Assembly: GCA_010093745.1 (NCBI GenBank)
Contig: MU005962.1
Span: 124,001 to 188,000 of the forward strand
Direction of reading: 5' to 3'
DNA length: 64,000 nucleotides
Source of the DNA: Piedraia hortae CBS 480.64
Lineage: Eukaryota
The position numbers were made by a program, and so were the translations under genes. This document shows positions 31,350 through 42,970 of this stretch, in pieces. Every line of letters begins with the position of its first letter. The stretch's first letter is position 1. The notes below the pieces were generated by a model. The model had not been told where the DNA came from and made no database searches. It worked only from the letters and a program-made list of their open reading frames with translations.

Positions 31350-31624
31350 GGCTGATATGTCATGCTGTAGAATAGCTGTAGGTATAGCAACGACGAAACG
31401 AATAGAAATTCCGTTGAATAGCATTCAAAGTTGAACACTATAAATTGCAGTTTCACAACTATACTGACAACTACAAGGGAAGATGCACAATTGGTCACTG
31501 AGCCGTTGGCATCAGTTGAATCAGAAGTGCAACATCGTTGCCGTTGTTCAGCTACCCTGTACTGCGACTAATCATGAAAATGATAATGGGTATTCGCAGT
31601 TCCTCAAACCCCCCAAAACGCCTT

Positions 31625-33156
31625 TTAGTCCCGCGCATCTTCAGGCTCTCTATAGCTCGTACTAGTGCCTTCGTAGACAGGTGGCGATTCAGGCACGTTG
31701 TCATAAGTAGGCGGTGCTTCATCATTCCAGGCGATTCCCATGCCCGCCCTCTTCGTCACGATAAGGTCGAATCTGGCGGTCATGCTACGTGCCAAGCCCG
31801 TTGGCGTAGACTTGTTAGGCTTTGTCTTCGACCGCCGCTCTTCTGCGACAAAACCTTCCAGGGTGAGGACATGCCAGAGTTTGAAGCCATCATCGGACCG
31901 GACATCGCATAGTGCATGCAACGAAGGGTTTAGCGAGATGCGAGTCTCGAGTTCAATCTGCTCGTCCTCGTGGTTGTTTTTCCAGCCCTCTTTCCACTCG
32001 CCCCAGCCGACTAGACGATGGTGGGTCGTGGGTGACTTGGGTCTCTTGGGTGTCGCTGTTCCAGACTGTCCGGGTTTGGCGGGCGTCGAGAGCCCCGAGG
32101 CCGAATGTTTGACTGAAGCGACAACAGCGCTCATCTGCTCTGTATAACTTGTGAGGGCGGCGCGTAGGCTCGAGCTATGAGCTGCTACCCGCGACCTCTC
32201 GACTGCCTCTCTCGAACTCTGAGGTATGCCCTGAGCTGTATCCGGAGCTGTACTAGGAGCTGTACTATGAGTTGTAGTCTGAGCTGTTTCGCCCGAACTG
32301 TCAGCTGCCTCCATCAATCTATGGACCGCCTCGCTCGAGCTATGAGCTGCTTCACCCACTTCTGCCCGGCTTTCTGATTCGTGAGCTACCCTGTGCTTCT
32401 CGCAGCCGATATGAGACATTACCTCGTGCTCCTCCACACGCCAATGCAGCTTCCGCAGTTCCCAACGCGTGTCCTTTTTTTCTTTAACGTTTTTGATGAT
32501 TATCTTCATCTCGAATTCACCAAACTGATAGACAGCCAAGGGAAGGGTGACGTGCATCTGTAGATCACTAGGCGGGAATACTCGGATGTAGGTCCTTTCC
32601 CCATTGGCTCTGAGGGCTCGAGAAATTTCCAGTTCCCGCCTAAATTCTGATTCTACGTTATTATCGGACCTGGCACGGACGTGGAGGCTGTATTCGATGG
32701 AGCACAAGCTGCCGAGGGTTGTTGAGGGAAGATGGCCAGGGATGAGGTGGGAAAAGGGCAGCTCACACGGGTGTTCAGATGGCTCAAAGCTGTGTGGTTT
32801 GTAAAAAAAGTTCCACTCGTAAAGATCTCGCACATCGGTCTTGCACTCCTTACACTTAGTATTTGAAGGACTAGCCTGATCAGCGTTGCCCTATCCGAGG
32901 TCTGACAACTGTATACTTACCAGCCCGTCTTGGTTGTGCACTCAAGGAACATGACGATGCTGGTCATAACAACTGCGCCTTCCTTTGGCCAAAGCTGCAG
33001 ACGCCCAGACATCAGGGCCCCGGTTGATTCGCTTGGTGTCCCAAGAAACATCACCGGCGGCGATTCAATGACCATGTCCATCTTCACGGGGCCAGTGCTC
33101 TGAGCTCTCTGCTCGCCCGAGTGTCTGCGAAGAAAGGGCAACCTAAAGTGATCCAT
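31625..33156 (-). CDS. LDB19: Arrestin-related ubiquitin ligase adaptor Ldb19/Art1; exons 33156..32921 and 32870..31625
   Basis: IESPPVMFLGTPSESTGALMSG, FSHLIPGHLPSTT, RVFPPSDL, WRVEE, and two C-terminal PPxY motifs (PPTY, PPVY); 50-nt intron. Confidence 0.9.
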
Positions 33157-33578
33157 GTTTGCTGTTGATTATTCGTCGGCCTCGCTTTTATGAAAGTTGG
33201 TTGGGGAAACTGGTGGATGGGAACGTGAATAAGAAGTTGATGAAGCGACGACCCGCCTAATAATCACCAAGTACAAGTATATTTCCCAACAAGATGACTG
33301 TCGAACCTAGGTTCGTGTCCAGCCACGCCTTACATGATCGCATTTAAGGGGGCAGTGGAGACTGAAAAAATCCTCTTGCCGCAAGCGGATGAACCATCCT
33401 TGGCCGAAATAACACCATGGTTGTGCCCGTCACGAATTCCGACTGGTCGGCCGCGGACCCACCCGCTTAGTTAGCATCACGCACCGTCAAACCATCTTAT
33501 GCTTGCCGTCGGTTCATGCCGTTGACTCAACGCATTACCAGAAGCAACTTCCTATAGCAGCCGCCACTGGCTCCCTAT

Positions 33579-36480
33579 TCACACCGGATAGCCTAATCTG
33601 TTAGAATGCACTGCCGCGTGGGACTTGCTTACGCTTCTCATCGAGCAATGTTCTCTCTCGCCAGCAATCTGTTACCCAATCTTCGGTTACAATATGGGGC
33701 TGTCGCTTCGTTCCAGCCAAAGCTACTTGAATTTCCCTTTTCCTCACGCTGCCTTGCGGTAGTACGACGTGCGTCGTGATGTCTTTTTCGATTTTATCCG
33801 TGACACGGCCACCGTCAAATTCGAAGACGCTCCTCACGTCTTGGGCATCTTCGAAATAGGCCGCCAGCCCGTAAAAGATGCGACCGTCCTGGCCGTCTCG
33901 GTAAAGCTTGTCAAGGATGTCGGTCACGTTTGCACGCAGCTTAGCAGACATGGCTTTGAAACGTTCTAGCAACTCTGCTGGTGTAACATTCCTCACAAAG
34001 CTGTCACCATACTTGTCCACGTTCTCTTCAAACTTGCCATGATCGGCCGTGGCCGTATAGAAGACGTGCCTTGGTTCCATGGGCAGCACCTCGCCTTGTT
34101 GAACACAGTCGAACAACCATAGCGGGCGAACAATGCTCAGCTCGTCCTTTTTCTGCAAAGAAGCCACTTTGACGAGCTTACGATCACCGATGAGAATCGC
34201 ATCCGAACCTTTCTCGGTTGCGACGGTTTTGCCCCCGTTTGCTGTGACGAACTGCTCAATCTCTGCTTTGGTCTTCTTTGGAACTCGAGAATCACTCAGG
34301 ATGAGACAAGTCATGCCAGCAAACACTTGGCTGTTAGGAGCAGTGCAGAGCTCCTTGGGCTCTTCTTCTTGACCGTGAACCGTCATCTCGCGCTTTCGCT
34401 TTCGACTCCTTCGTTTACGTCTCTCGTCATCAATCTTGAACTGCTTCTCCTTGACCTCACCCTCGGCGTTCTCTTTCAGCACCCTAAACTCGTCCACACT
34501 AAGTGCTTGCTCCCAGGACTTATCCGATCGGAGCTTCTGAAATCGAGGGAATCTCAAGGTCATCAACGTCCTGTACTGGTCGCTTTGCGTGACGCTTGCC
34601 GCCTTGATGCCAATGACCACCGAGTCTTCCGGTTTGATCCAAACATCAGGCCGCTCATACTGCCTGTTGGTAGCCCATCCGCCAAGTTCTATCCAATCAT
34701 TTGGCGGGTTCTTTGCATCCCACGTGTGCCATCTACCTTCCGTGCGATGACTAATTTCGGCATAGTCTGAAGCTGCAAGTCCTCCGCCTACCCTACAGAA
34801 CGACCACGTTTTTTGAGGATTGGTGCCGGCTGGCGTCGGCTTATCTAGCCTCAGACCACACAGGAAACTGCTCAATTTTCCACCCCGACGACCAGACCCG
34901 TAGTATCCCCCAATAACAACGCAATCCAAAGCCTCCCCAAACTCGGTCATGTACTCTGGCTTGAGCTTGATCCAATCATCGTTGCGCTCATTAAGGCGGT
35001 ACTCTGAGCGGGGGTTCTTTAGGACCAATCCTTCGCCCCCCTCTGCTATCACACGCCGTAGCGTAGCTTCTGTCTCGCCAACCGTTTTAGCCTCTTGAAT
35101 ATCGTGAACCTCCATTCGACGGTGAACGCTTTTGACACTTGTCGTCAAGGCCTCTCGTCGTTTGCGTAGGGTATATCTCGTCAGTGCAACTCCGTTAAGG
35201 TAGAGGCAGTCAAACACCCTAAACAGAGGACGATTGCCGCCAGAAAACGGGTTGGCCTGTTCCGACAGCGCCGCTGACTTGAGCGTTCCAAACGGCACTG
35301 GAGCATCCTCTTGTGGGTCCCAAGTAATCATCTCACCATCTAGGATGATGCTCCTAACGCCAGGATGGAATGCATCCTTAAGGTGGCGGGTCAAAGCCGA
35401 ATTTTCATCCTCAAGACCGTTTCCATAGAGATACGTATAGTCCTTTGCCTTGCGAGACCAAAAGCCAAATCGCTTCCCACCGGGCACGCTCTCATCATCA
35501 ACCATGTGGAGCTGCATACGTTCGCCGTCCACCTTCTCCTCGATCCAAAAATACGGATCGTCCTTGGTCGGATGCATCCTTGAAATTATGTACTCGACCG
35601 ATTTCATTTGGAACGCAGCCAGCTGTGGTTGGAAGCATTGCATGAGATGTATACTCCTGTCGTCGCCGTCCAGTCTCAGCTTCGGGTCATGCAGCTCCCA
35701 GCATACCCTTCGGAGGTTACTGGAAATATTGAACAAGCCCTCAGCATCCGGATGCCAGACATGGAACAGGGTCTTTTCGGTAGCGCCGACCTTCATCTGT
35801 CGGAGAATGATCCGAATCAGCCACATTAGTTCTTCAGCGTTCATGCGGTTATAAAACTCTTCAACGATCGGCCGCTGGTTCTCTTCCTTTGTTGCAACTG
35901 ACAGACGATCCAACAGCTCGTTGACAGCCGCAATGGTCATATCTCCCGGCTCCGTCCGCATAGCTCTCTTGCTGATAACTTCAAAACACCTCCCAGCGAA
36001 ATCACCTGCCATGGCACTGGACGAAGTCACACCGGGAAGCTTCCAGTGCAACAAGTTATACCCATCTTCGCTGTTCTTATCAATCTTCATTACACGCACA
36101 AGCATCTTCCCCAGGAGCGTCTCCTTGATGCCATACATGCCTCTATCCCTATCCTTATCCGGAATGATCAGCCGCAAGGCGGGATAGATATCATTGCCAA
36201 CCTCCTTCCTCCATCGCGCGATGAACCGCTCAATAATGGCACGTCTGATCTCGTGGGGCGACTGGTGTTTTACATGGTGTCTATGTGCGACTATAGGTCC
36301 AACGGGCTTTTTTCTATTCTCATTCAGAGGGTTGAAGAGGGTCAAGTAGAGGTCACGAAAGGGAAGAGTTTTGTGACGATTATGGGGTCTGTTGGGATAT
36401 TTTTCGTTCAACTCGGAAACTGTCATAGGATCACTTCCATACATTGCTCGCTCCTCCTCTGCTGCTTCCGCATCTTGCAT
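33579..36480 (-). CDS. LIG4: DNA ligase IV; exons 36480..33633 and 33592..33579
   Basis: EEKVDGERMQLH adenylation motif, ILDGEM, EGLVLK, WIKLKPEY, TLRFPRF and two BRCT domains. A 40-nt terminal intron (33632..33593) gives the end DEKRYPV*. Confidence 0.95.
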
Positions 36481-36585
36481 TTTTGGCACTTCGTGGATCA
36501 AAGGTGAGGTTTAGCTGTCAGTCCTGATTGGGTTAGCGGTGGCTTGTTTCGGGTTTATTTTTGGGTGACACCCCTGGTCGTCCGC

Positions 36586-37551
36586 ATGGCTGATAAGCCA
36601 CTCGAGGCGCATGACGTAGCGGTGCTTGGAGCAATAAGCGCAATCAGCAGAGCAAGAACGAAAGATACAGGGCGGGATACGAACATCCTTGCATCAAGCG
36701 CAGCAGCCACAGTCTCTCGGAACATGCAACCCGCAACGACGAATCGATCCCACAAACCCCCCATTGCGCCGAAACCGAAGACATTGAAACCGCTACAGGA
36801 TTACACACCCATACCTAAACCCAACGACCTCCCAACCAGATCAAGAAGCAATCCCTCCAAACTCACCAAAGAGCCAACCAGCAGATCAGGGAACCTCTCC
36901 ATCCCGGCCCAATACAAACAGCTCCAACCCCGCCTCACACCCCTCCACACCGGGACCGACCTCGCCGACGCAATCGTAGCCTCAACGCTCGCGTCCCAAC
37001 CAAAACCCAAACCCCCCGTCCCTACTCCCCGGCGCCAAGCCAAAGCAAAGAAACCGCACATCCGCCCAACCCTCCGCCCAACCCTCCGCCCAACCTCCCC
37101 TTCGTCCTCGTCCTCTCCCTCCCCCCAAAGAAAACCCCACATCCGCAGACACCCACACAAACACCACGAAGGCGACCGCAAACGGTGGCGCGATAGCGTC
37201 ACCGAACGCGAACGCCGTCGCTACGAAGGAGTCTGGGCTGCGAATAAAGGACTCTTTTGCATACTCTCCCCGCACGAGCCGCCCTCGTCACAATCCCTCT
37301 TGGCGGAGCAGGTTTGCAATTTAGTTGTGAGAGACATTTGGACGAGGTCGAGATTGTCGAGGGGTATTTTAGAGCAAGTTTGGGGGCTGGTGGATCGGAA
37401 ACGGGTGGGACGGCTGGACAGGGAGGAATTTGTGGTTGGGATGTGGCTGATTGATCAGAGACTTAGGGGAAGGAAACTGCCGGTGAGCGTGGGGGAGAGT
37501 GTGTGGGTGAGTGTTAGGGGGGTCTTTGGGGTTAAGGTTCGGAGGGGGTAG
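36586..37551 (+). CDS. IRS4: EH-domain protein Irs4/Tax4-like
   Basis: [68 protein letters not shown]. Confidence 0.9.
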   Translation: MADKPLEAHDVAVLGAISAISRARTKDTGRDTNILASSAAATVSRNMQPATTNRSHKPPIAPKPKTLKPLQDYTPIPKPNDLPTRSRSNPSKLTKEPTSRSGNLSIPAQYKQLQPRLTPLHTGTDLADAIVASTLASQPKPKPPVPTPRRQAKAKKPHIRPTLRPTLRPTSPSSSSSPSPQRKPHIRRHPHKHHEGDRKRWRDSVTERERRRYEGVWAANKGLFCILSPHEPPSSQSLLAEQVCNLVVRDIWTRSRLSRGILEQVWGLVDRKRVGRLDREEFVVGMWLIDQRLRGRKLPVSVGESVWVSVRGVFGVKVRRG

Positions 37552-37849
37552 GGTGGTATATTGGGGGGAGGGGGTTGTGTGATAGAGGGGTTGAGATGGA
37601 AGGGGGCTATATGGCGGGTTTAAGGTGGTATGGCGCACAGAGGGAGATGGTTTAGAGGCAACTCTTACTAGATCAGTTTTGTTAGGTGTTGCGGGCTAGA
37701 TGCGGCAAGACCTCACGCAAGACCACCATTCACACTATCAATTGCTTACAGTCTACGCTTCGGCCTTCCAAACGGAATGTCAGGAAGTTCTCACTACAAG
37801 ACACATAACTACAGACATAACTACACTAACCGCCGCTCATCTTCAACAC

Positions 37850-38754
37850 TCAATACATGCCCGGCGGGCCGCCTGATCGGCGTTCATATTCGCTCCGCTC
37901 CACCCGGTCCTGGTACTTCCTCCTCAACGCCTGCAGGCGCTTCTTCTTGGTGTGAGCATTAACATACGTCCCAATGACGAAACCAACAAAGTTGAAAAAC
38001 GGCACCCACGTCTCCTCGGGGAGAAAGGCTTGCGCAAAGGCGAGCGCAATGGGAGACGTAATCCAAGATACGCGCATAACGGGCATGAAACCTGCACGTA
38101 CCGTGGCGCGGACTTGGTGGAAAGTGCGTGCGCCTGCGATGATGGCCATGGACGTGAGGTAGACGATATTCTGGATGGGGGAGATCTGTCACGTTAGTCA
38201 AAGTTGTGGTGGCGCGCTTCGGCAGTACGTACGATGAGATTGGACACGACAATCTGCATGATTTTCGCGCGCAAGGTCTTCTTGCCGGCGAACATGCGCT
38301 GCAGAATGGAGATCATGATATGGCCCAATGGAGCACTGATAAAAGCGCCGTAAATGGCCATTTTGGGCACGCGACTGGTGAAATAGTGGCCATGCTTGTT
38401 GCGATCCTTTGCGATCCAAGACGCGAGGAATTCTTGCAGAGCCGCCAAAGAACCAGACGTTACCATCTTCGTCCTCAACGGACTTTCGCGTAGTTTTTCG
38501 AGATACCACTGATTCATCAGCTATTGGACCAGGATAGATTGAAAAAAAAAAAAAAAACCCACCGCAAGATATCCATCCGCGCCCTTTGTGAGCGCGTTGC
38601 CGGCCTCGTGCATGAGGTCCTCCTTCTGCCGCGGCTGGGGCGGCTGAGGAAACTGGAACTGCGGCGGCTGAGGAGCGCGACTCGGGCGCGGGCGTGGACC
38701 CGGGCCGTCCTGGGTAATGTATTCATCCCGTTGCTCGAACTTGACTTGCGACAT
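37850..38754 (-). CDS. Mpv17/PMP22-family peroxisomal membrane protein; exons 38754..38563, 38508..38233 and 38185..37850
   Basis: YLEKLRESPLRTKMVTSG, YGAFISAPLGH, SNLI-ISPIQN and WVPFFN; the two introns (54 and 47 nt) keep the frame. Confidence 0.9.
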
Positions 38755-39203
38755 GATGGCGAACTTCAACCTCGTGTCCCCCCGTTGCTGTTTACCTCTG
38801 AGTGGCTGGGGGTAGCTGCCGCTGCAGGTGCGGGCACTCCCATCCGGGCCGAGCCGTCTCACCTCACCTCGTCGCCAGGAGCGATGCAAACGTCTCGTCT
38901 GCATGTTTCGCTACTGCCATGGAGATGCATGATTGCCACGTGTGCTTGGGTGTGGTGCCATGTGGGCGACGTCTCCAAATATTCAGTTGATGGATACGTC
39001 TCAGCAGTAAAGAGAGTATTCGAATGACAGGTGGAGTTGCGAACGCGTCACAGCTGGGCACTCTCAGATTTTGACAGCTCAACGTCATGTCCACTGATCA
39101 AACTTTTTGTACCGCATTCACCCGTGGTAGCCTTCGCCTTGCTGGTCAGCCAAAGGTAGGCTCATGCACTGACAGGGAGCGACGCTGACGAATATAGTCA
39201 TTC

Positions 39204-40058
39204 ATGAGCGCGGTCATGAGTCTTCGTCGTCCGCAGTGCACGCACACGTCCATGAGACGTCTGCACGGTAACTACGTCTGTGAAGAATGTGACAAGCCCT
39301 CCAGCCTGGGCTGGGTCTACGTCTGTGACTCTGATTACGTCTTTCCGACCAGCCTGTCCGATGTTAAAAGGGCCTCTCTGCCCCATCCACCGAATGGCAA
39401 GACTGTAGAGGACAAAGTCCGTCTGGCTAAATCGTTGGGATTGAGCGCCAGCGTCGTTAATGGTATTAAGAACGGTGACTATACATCCCAACAGGTCGAC
39501 CAGCTCATTCAGCAAAAGGCCCATGTACTTAACACTCTGAAGGAGGCTACCTCCCCGGACGCCAGTATTATCAACAAAAAGTCTGCAGGCAAATGCCACG
39601 CCTCCGTGTGCGATCGTTGTCGACGTACTTTCCACGAGCGTATTTACACAAGCTTCGAATGGCTGCTCGGTGCTCGCGATCCGGCCGTTACCGAAGAGGA
39701 AATTTCAAATGCCCTTCCGATGCGCGACCCCGAAGTTTTCCGCAATCTGGGCAAGGCTCGTCCTGACCGCCGCCGCAGTGCTTCTCCGCATGACATCTCA
39801 CCGTTGACTTCTTCAACAGCCAGCATTGCCACTCTGGACACGGACATTCTGACCCCCGTAGATCCGTATACCGACTCGCTCGGCCTTAGCCGCACGTCTG
39901 GTAATCTCGTCAGGTCGAAGTCAGTCTATGCTGGTCTGGGCGGTAGCGATCCGGAGGGTAAGGACGATAAGGACAGCATCTGCTGTGGCAAAGTAGCAGT
40001 GACGGAGGAGTCTGTCGAGCACGGTCTACCCGACATGGTCCAAGTAGCGCAGTCGTAA
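39204..40058 (+). CDS. Hypothetical Cys-motif protein
   Basis: 284-aa ORF with CTH..CEEC..GWVYVC and CHASVCDRCR, possible metal-binding clusters; function not recognised. Confidence 0.7.
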   Translation: MSAVMSLRRPQCTHTSMRRLHGNYVCEECDKPSSLGWVYVCDSDYVFPTSLSDVKRASLPHPPNGKTVEDKVRLAKSLGLSASVVNGIKNGDYTSQQVDQLIQQKAHVLNTLKEATSPDASIINKKSAGKCHASVCDRCRRTFHERIYTSFEWLLGARDPAVTEEEISNALPMRDPEVFRNLGKARPDRRRSASPHDISPLTSSTASIATLDTDILTPVDPYTDSLGLSRTSGNLVRSKSVYAGLGGSDPEGKDDKDSICCGKVAVTEESVEHGLPDMVQVAQS

Positions 40059-40193
40059 ACAGTCCTACGGTGCAACGGAGCAGTCAAAAGTCTCGCGGCG
40101 TAACGGCGCAGTCAAAAAGACGCAACGTTCTACTCATCCATCAGGTACATAGCATCCATACAACACGATTCATCCCCCATCAAAACTACCCAA

Positions 40194-41168
40194 CTAAAAC
40201 CTCCTCTTTTTCCAAGCCCACCAAACCTTCCAAGGCAACCTCCAATCCGTAACCCTCAATTTCGGATGAAAAACATCGAAATCAACCCTCTCCAACCTTT
40301 CCAACCACAACCCCGTCGCCACACCCGGCAGGAACGCCTCGAGACCCCCTTCCCCCCTCCCACCCTCCCACATCCTCCTACCAGCAACCAAATTATCATT
40401 CGCCCTCGTTGCAACCTCAAAAACCGCATCCCTCAGTCCTCTCGCCTCGGCCCCCCTCCTGATCACATCCTCCTCCTTCACCCCCCTCTTAACCAACACA
40501 TCCCTCGGCAGCGCAATCCTCCCCTCCCCCAACCCGGCTGGCACGCCCCTAAGAACAGCACAAATCCCCTCCGCCTTGCCTACGTGACTCGCCACGTGGT
40601 CTGCACTTACGCTCCCCACCCCCAGCGCCTGCAACATCAAATAGCCCATTGAAGAGTAGGTCTGCTCCGCGTATTTCTCCAAGTCGTTGAGGGTGGGGTA
40701 GAGGGGAGGCATGCTTCGCGCGGTGAGGAGGCGGGTGAAGAAGTGGGGACTCCACTCTGCGGTTTGTGCCGCGTGGGTGAGGAGGGTGGATAGTGGTTGG
40801 GGCGAGGAACGGCCGGAGAGGGAGGAGGTGATGAGGTTTTGGAAGTAGTGCGTGCGGAGGGCGGGGATTAATTCTCCAGAGGATGGGGGAGGGGTGGTCC
40901 CCGGGGGTGTGGAGCCTGCGCTGGCCGCAGTCTGCAGGTTGAGGACTCGTAGCGAGATGAATGCGTCCCGTGCGTGGGGGGGTATGTAAGGTAACAGGAT
41001 CCAGGAAGCGGTGTCGTGTTGTCGGAGAGTGGAGATGCAGAATTTGCGGGCGAGGGGGAGGGAAGTCGAGGTTGAGGAGGCTTGGGTGTACTTTCTTGAG
41101 CATCCTGGGATGATGGGTTTGTGGAGGTTGGGTGTTTTTAATTGGGTGAGGACTCGATGTCCAGACAT
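40194..41168 (-). CDS. NDUFAF6: Squalene/phytoene-synthase-like complex I assembly factor 6
   Basis: Basic presequence, FCISTLRQHD, YAEQTYSS, DHVASHVGKAEGI, DAVFEVATRANDNL and LERVDFDVF. Confidence 0.88.
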   Translation of the reverse strand: MSGHRVLTQLKTPNLHKPIIPGCSRKYTQASSTSTSLPLARKFCISTLRQHDTASWILLPYIPPHARDAFISLRVLNLQTAASAGSTPPGTTPPPSSGELIPALRTHYFQNLITSSLSGRSSPQPLSTLLTHAAQTAEWSPHFFTRLLTARSMPPLYPTLNDLEKYAEQTYSSMGYLMLQALGVGSVSADHVASHVGKAEGICAVLRGVPAGLGEGRIALPRDVLVKRGVKEEDVIRRGAEARGLRDAVFEVATRANDNLVAGRRMWEGGRGEGGLEAFLPGVATGLWLERLERVDFDVFHPKLRVTDWRLPWKVWWAWKKRRF

Positions 41169-41586
41169 GTTTCTTTTAGTGGGATGTATTGTGTAGGTTG
41201 GTTGCTTTTCTTCGTTTGGGGTGTTGATATATTTTGGTCTTTTTATACAATTATTGAAGAGACGGGAAACGAAAGTGGTGGGCAATTACAAGGCGGCTCT
41301 GTATGCTTCAAAGAAACAATGAATGCTTGACGTCGGAGAATTTGGGTCGGGTCGGGCCGCTGTTTCTGGGAGCTTTCGAAAAAAAAAAAAAAAAAAGCCA
41401 AAAAAAAAAACCGCTGAGTGGAAGATGAGATGCGATCTTGCTTATTTAGTTGTTGGAGTCCTGAGTCATGAGTTGGGTTTGACGATATGACTGTGGGCCT
41501 TGGCATTGAGAAACCCACGGCTGGAAAAATACAGCAGTCATTGACCTTATTTACATACGAACGGTCACCCATCACAAAGGCATCCC

Positions 41587-42654
41587 TCATTTAATCTGCC
41601 CTAGAATCTTGGTGGCACCTCTCGCCTTCAAATCATTAGCCACGTCTTGGCCAAACTTATTCGCCTCATCATGAGTCGTGATGATGCGTCGATGCTCCAC
41701 TTCAGCAACTTCAGAGCCATCCAGGCTAAGGACGATAGCGCGAATGATGAGCTCGTCTGTCAAGTCTTCTTCATTCTTCTCATCCTTGGACACTCCCGTG
41801 AGCTGCTCGTAATGTTCCGCCGGCTGAACCCCTATACGTCCTTCTGACGGCAGCATCTGCGATCGACGCACCCATTCTGTTTCGACACCGATGGGCACCG
41901 AACAACCCCCCTCTAACGTTCGCAAGACAGACCGTTCGACCAGAACCTCGCGTGTGGTGCGATCATCTCCGACCTTCTTCAGAAGCTGTTCAACCCGCTG
42001 ATCATCACTTCTTGCCTCAACGCCGAGGGCACCCTGTCCCACTGCGTGCAGCATCCCACCTTCATGACTGCTTAGAGCCTTTGTAATGCGCGCACCCATA
42101 CCCATGCGCTCCAAACCAGCCACTGCAAGCACGATCGCATCATACTTCCCCTCGGGGTCATCTAGCTTCGCAAGTCGCGTACCAATGTTGCCCCGTACAT
42201 CCTCGAATTTGAGGTGCTTGTGCTGTCGTTTGAGCTGTGCGATGCGACGAAGGCTCGAAGTGCCCACAACACTCCCCCCTGGCAGCTCAGCCAGGTTTTT
42301 GCACGAGTCAGCAAGCGCGGGTTTCACCACCAGTGCGTCCCGCGGATCTTCTCGCTTGATAACGCAGGCCAAGGTCATGCCTTCGGGTAGTTGAGTTGGC
42401 ATGTCCTTTAACGAATGAACGATAAAGTCCAGCTCCCCATTATGCAGCTTGACTTCCAACTCCTGCGTCCATAGCGACTTATCATTGAACTTGTGTAGAG
42501 CTGTGGTCAGGTTCTTGTCGCCCTTTGTGCTCATGGCGTGCATCTCAAACTTTTCATCGGGCCATGCCTCTTGCAGGAATTTGATGACCTCGTGCGTTTG
42601 GATCTTGGCTAGGGCAGAGTCCCTTGACCCGATGCGGAATTCTTTAGCTGCCAT
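41587..42654 (-). CDS. HEM3: Porphobilinogen deaminase (hydroxymethylbilane synthase)
   Basis: IGSRDSALAKIQT, VHSLKDMPT, GTSSLRR, RGNIGTRLAKLD, AVGQGALG and LEGGCSVPIG. Confidence 0.96.
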   Translation of the reverse strand: MAAKEFRIGSRDSALAKIQTHEVIKFLQEAWPDEKFEMHAMSTKGDKNLTTALHKFNDKSLWTQELEVKLHNGELDFIVHSLKDMPTQLPEGMTLACVIKREDPRDALVVKPALADSCKNLAELPGGSVVGTSSLRRIAQLKRQHKHLKFEDVRGNIGTRLAKLDDPEGKYDAIVLAVAGLERMGMGARITKALSSHEGGMLHAVGQGALGVEARSDDQRVEQLLKKVGDDRTTREVLVERSVLRTLEGGCSVPIGVETEWVRRSQMLPSEGRIGVQPAEHYEQLTGVSKDEKNEEDLTDELIIRAIVLSLDGSEVAEVEHRRIITTHDEANKFGQDVANDLKARGATKILGQIK

Positions 42655-42667
42655 TGTCTATATAATT

Positions 42668-42693
42668 TGTGTGTGTGTGTGTGTGTGTGTGTG
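42668..42693. repeat. (TG/CA)n microsatellite just upstream of the HEM3 ATG
   Basis: Seen directly ~15-40 bp 5' of the start codon. Confidence 0.85.
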
Positions 42694-42970
42694 CTGCTGC
42701 CACAAGGAAAACAAAACTTCCCCGCGGCCCCCGCCAACCAATGACTTCATCGTCTACATGGGACTTGGATGCAGATTCCGGTCAATAGGCCAAAGACGAG
42801 GTGGTGGAGTAGTGGTTACCTTTTTAACCATGAAGGCTTTGCTCTTGCCGGATTAAAGATCAAGTAGGTCAGTTGATGATGGATGGGGTATAGCTCCCGT
42901 CCGGGGGTTCACTGGACAAAGCCCCTCGCGTTTATTCGCTTCCTGCCACAATTCTCCTTTAATCGTCGAC

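Noticed and set aside
30030..31424. 464-aa minus-strand ORF with (VS)n and Leu-rich tracts
   Set aside because: Mirror of the purine-rich SHG1-like gene and its hexamer repeat.
33601..33632. ORF-track C-terminus of ligase IV (KQVPRGSAF)
   Set aside because: It reads into a canonical 40-nt intron; the spliced end DEKRYPV* is preferred.
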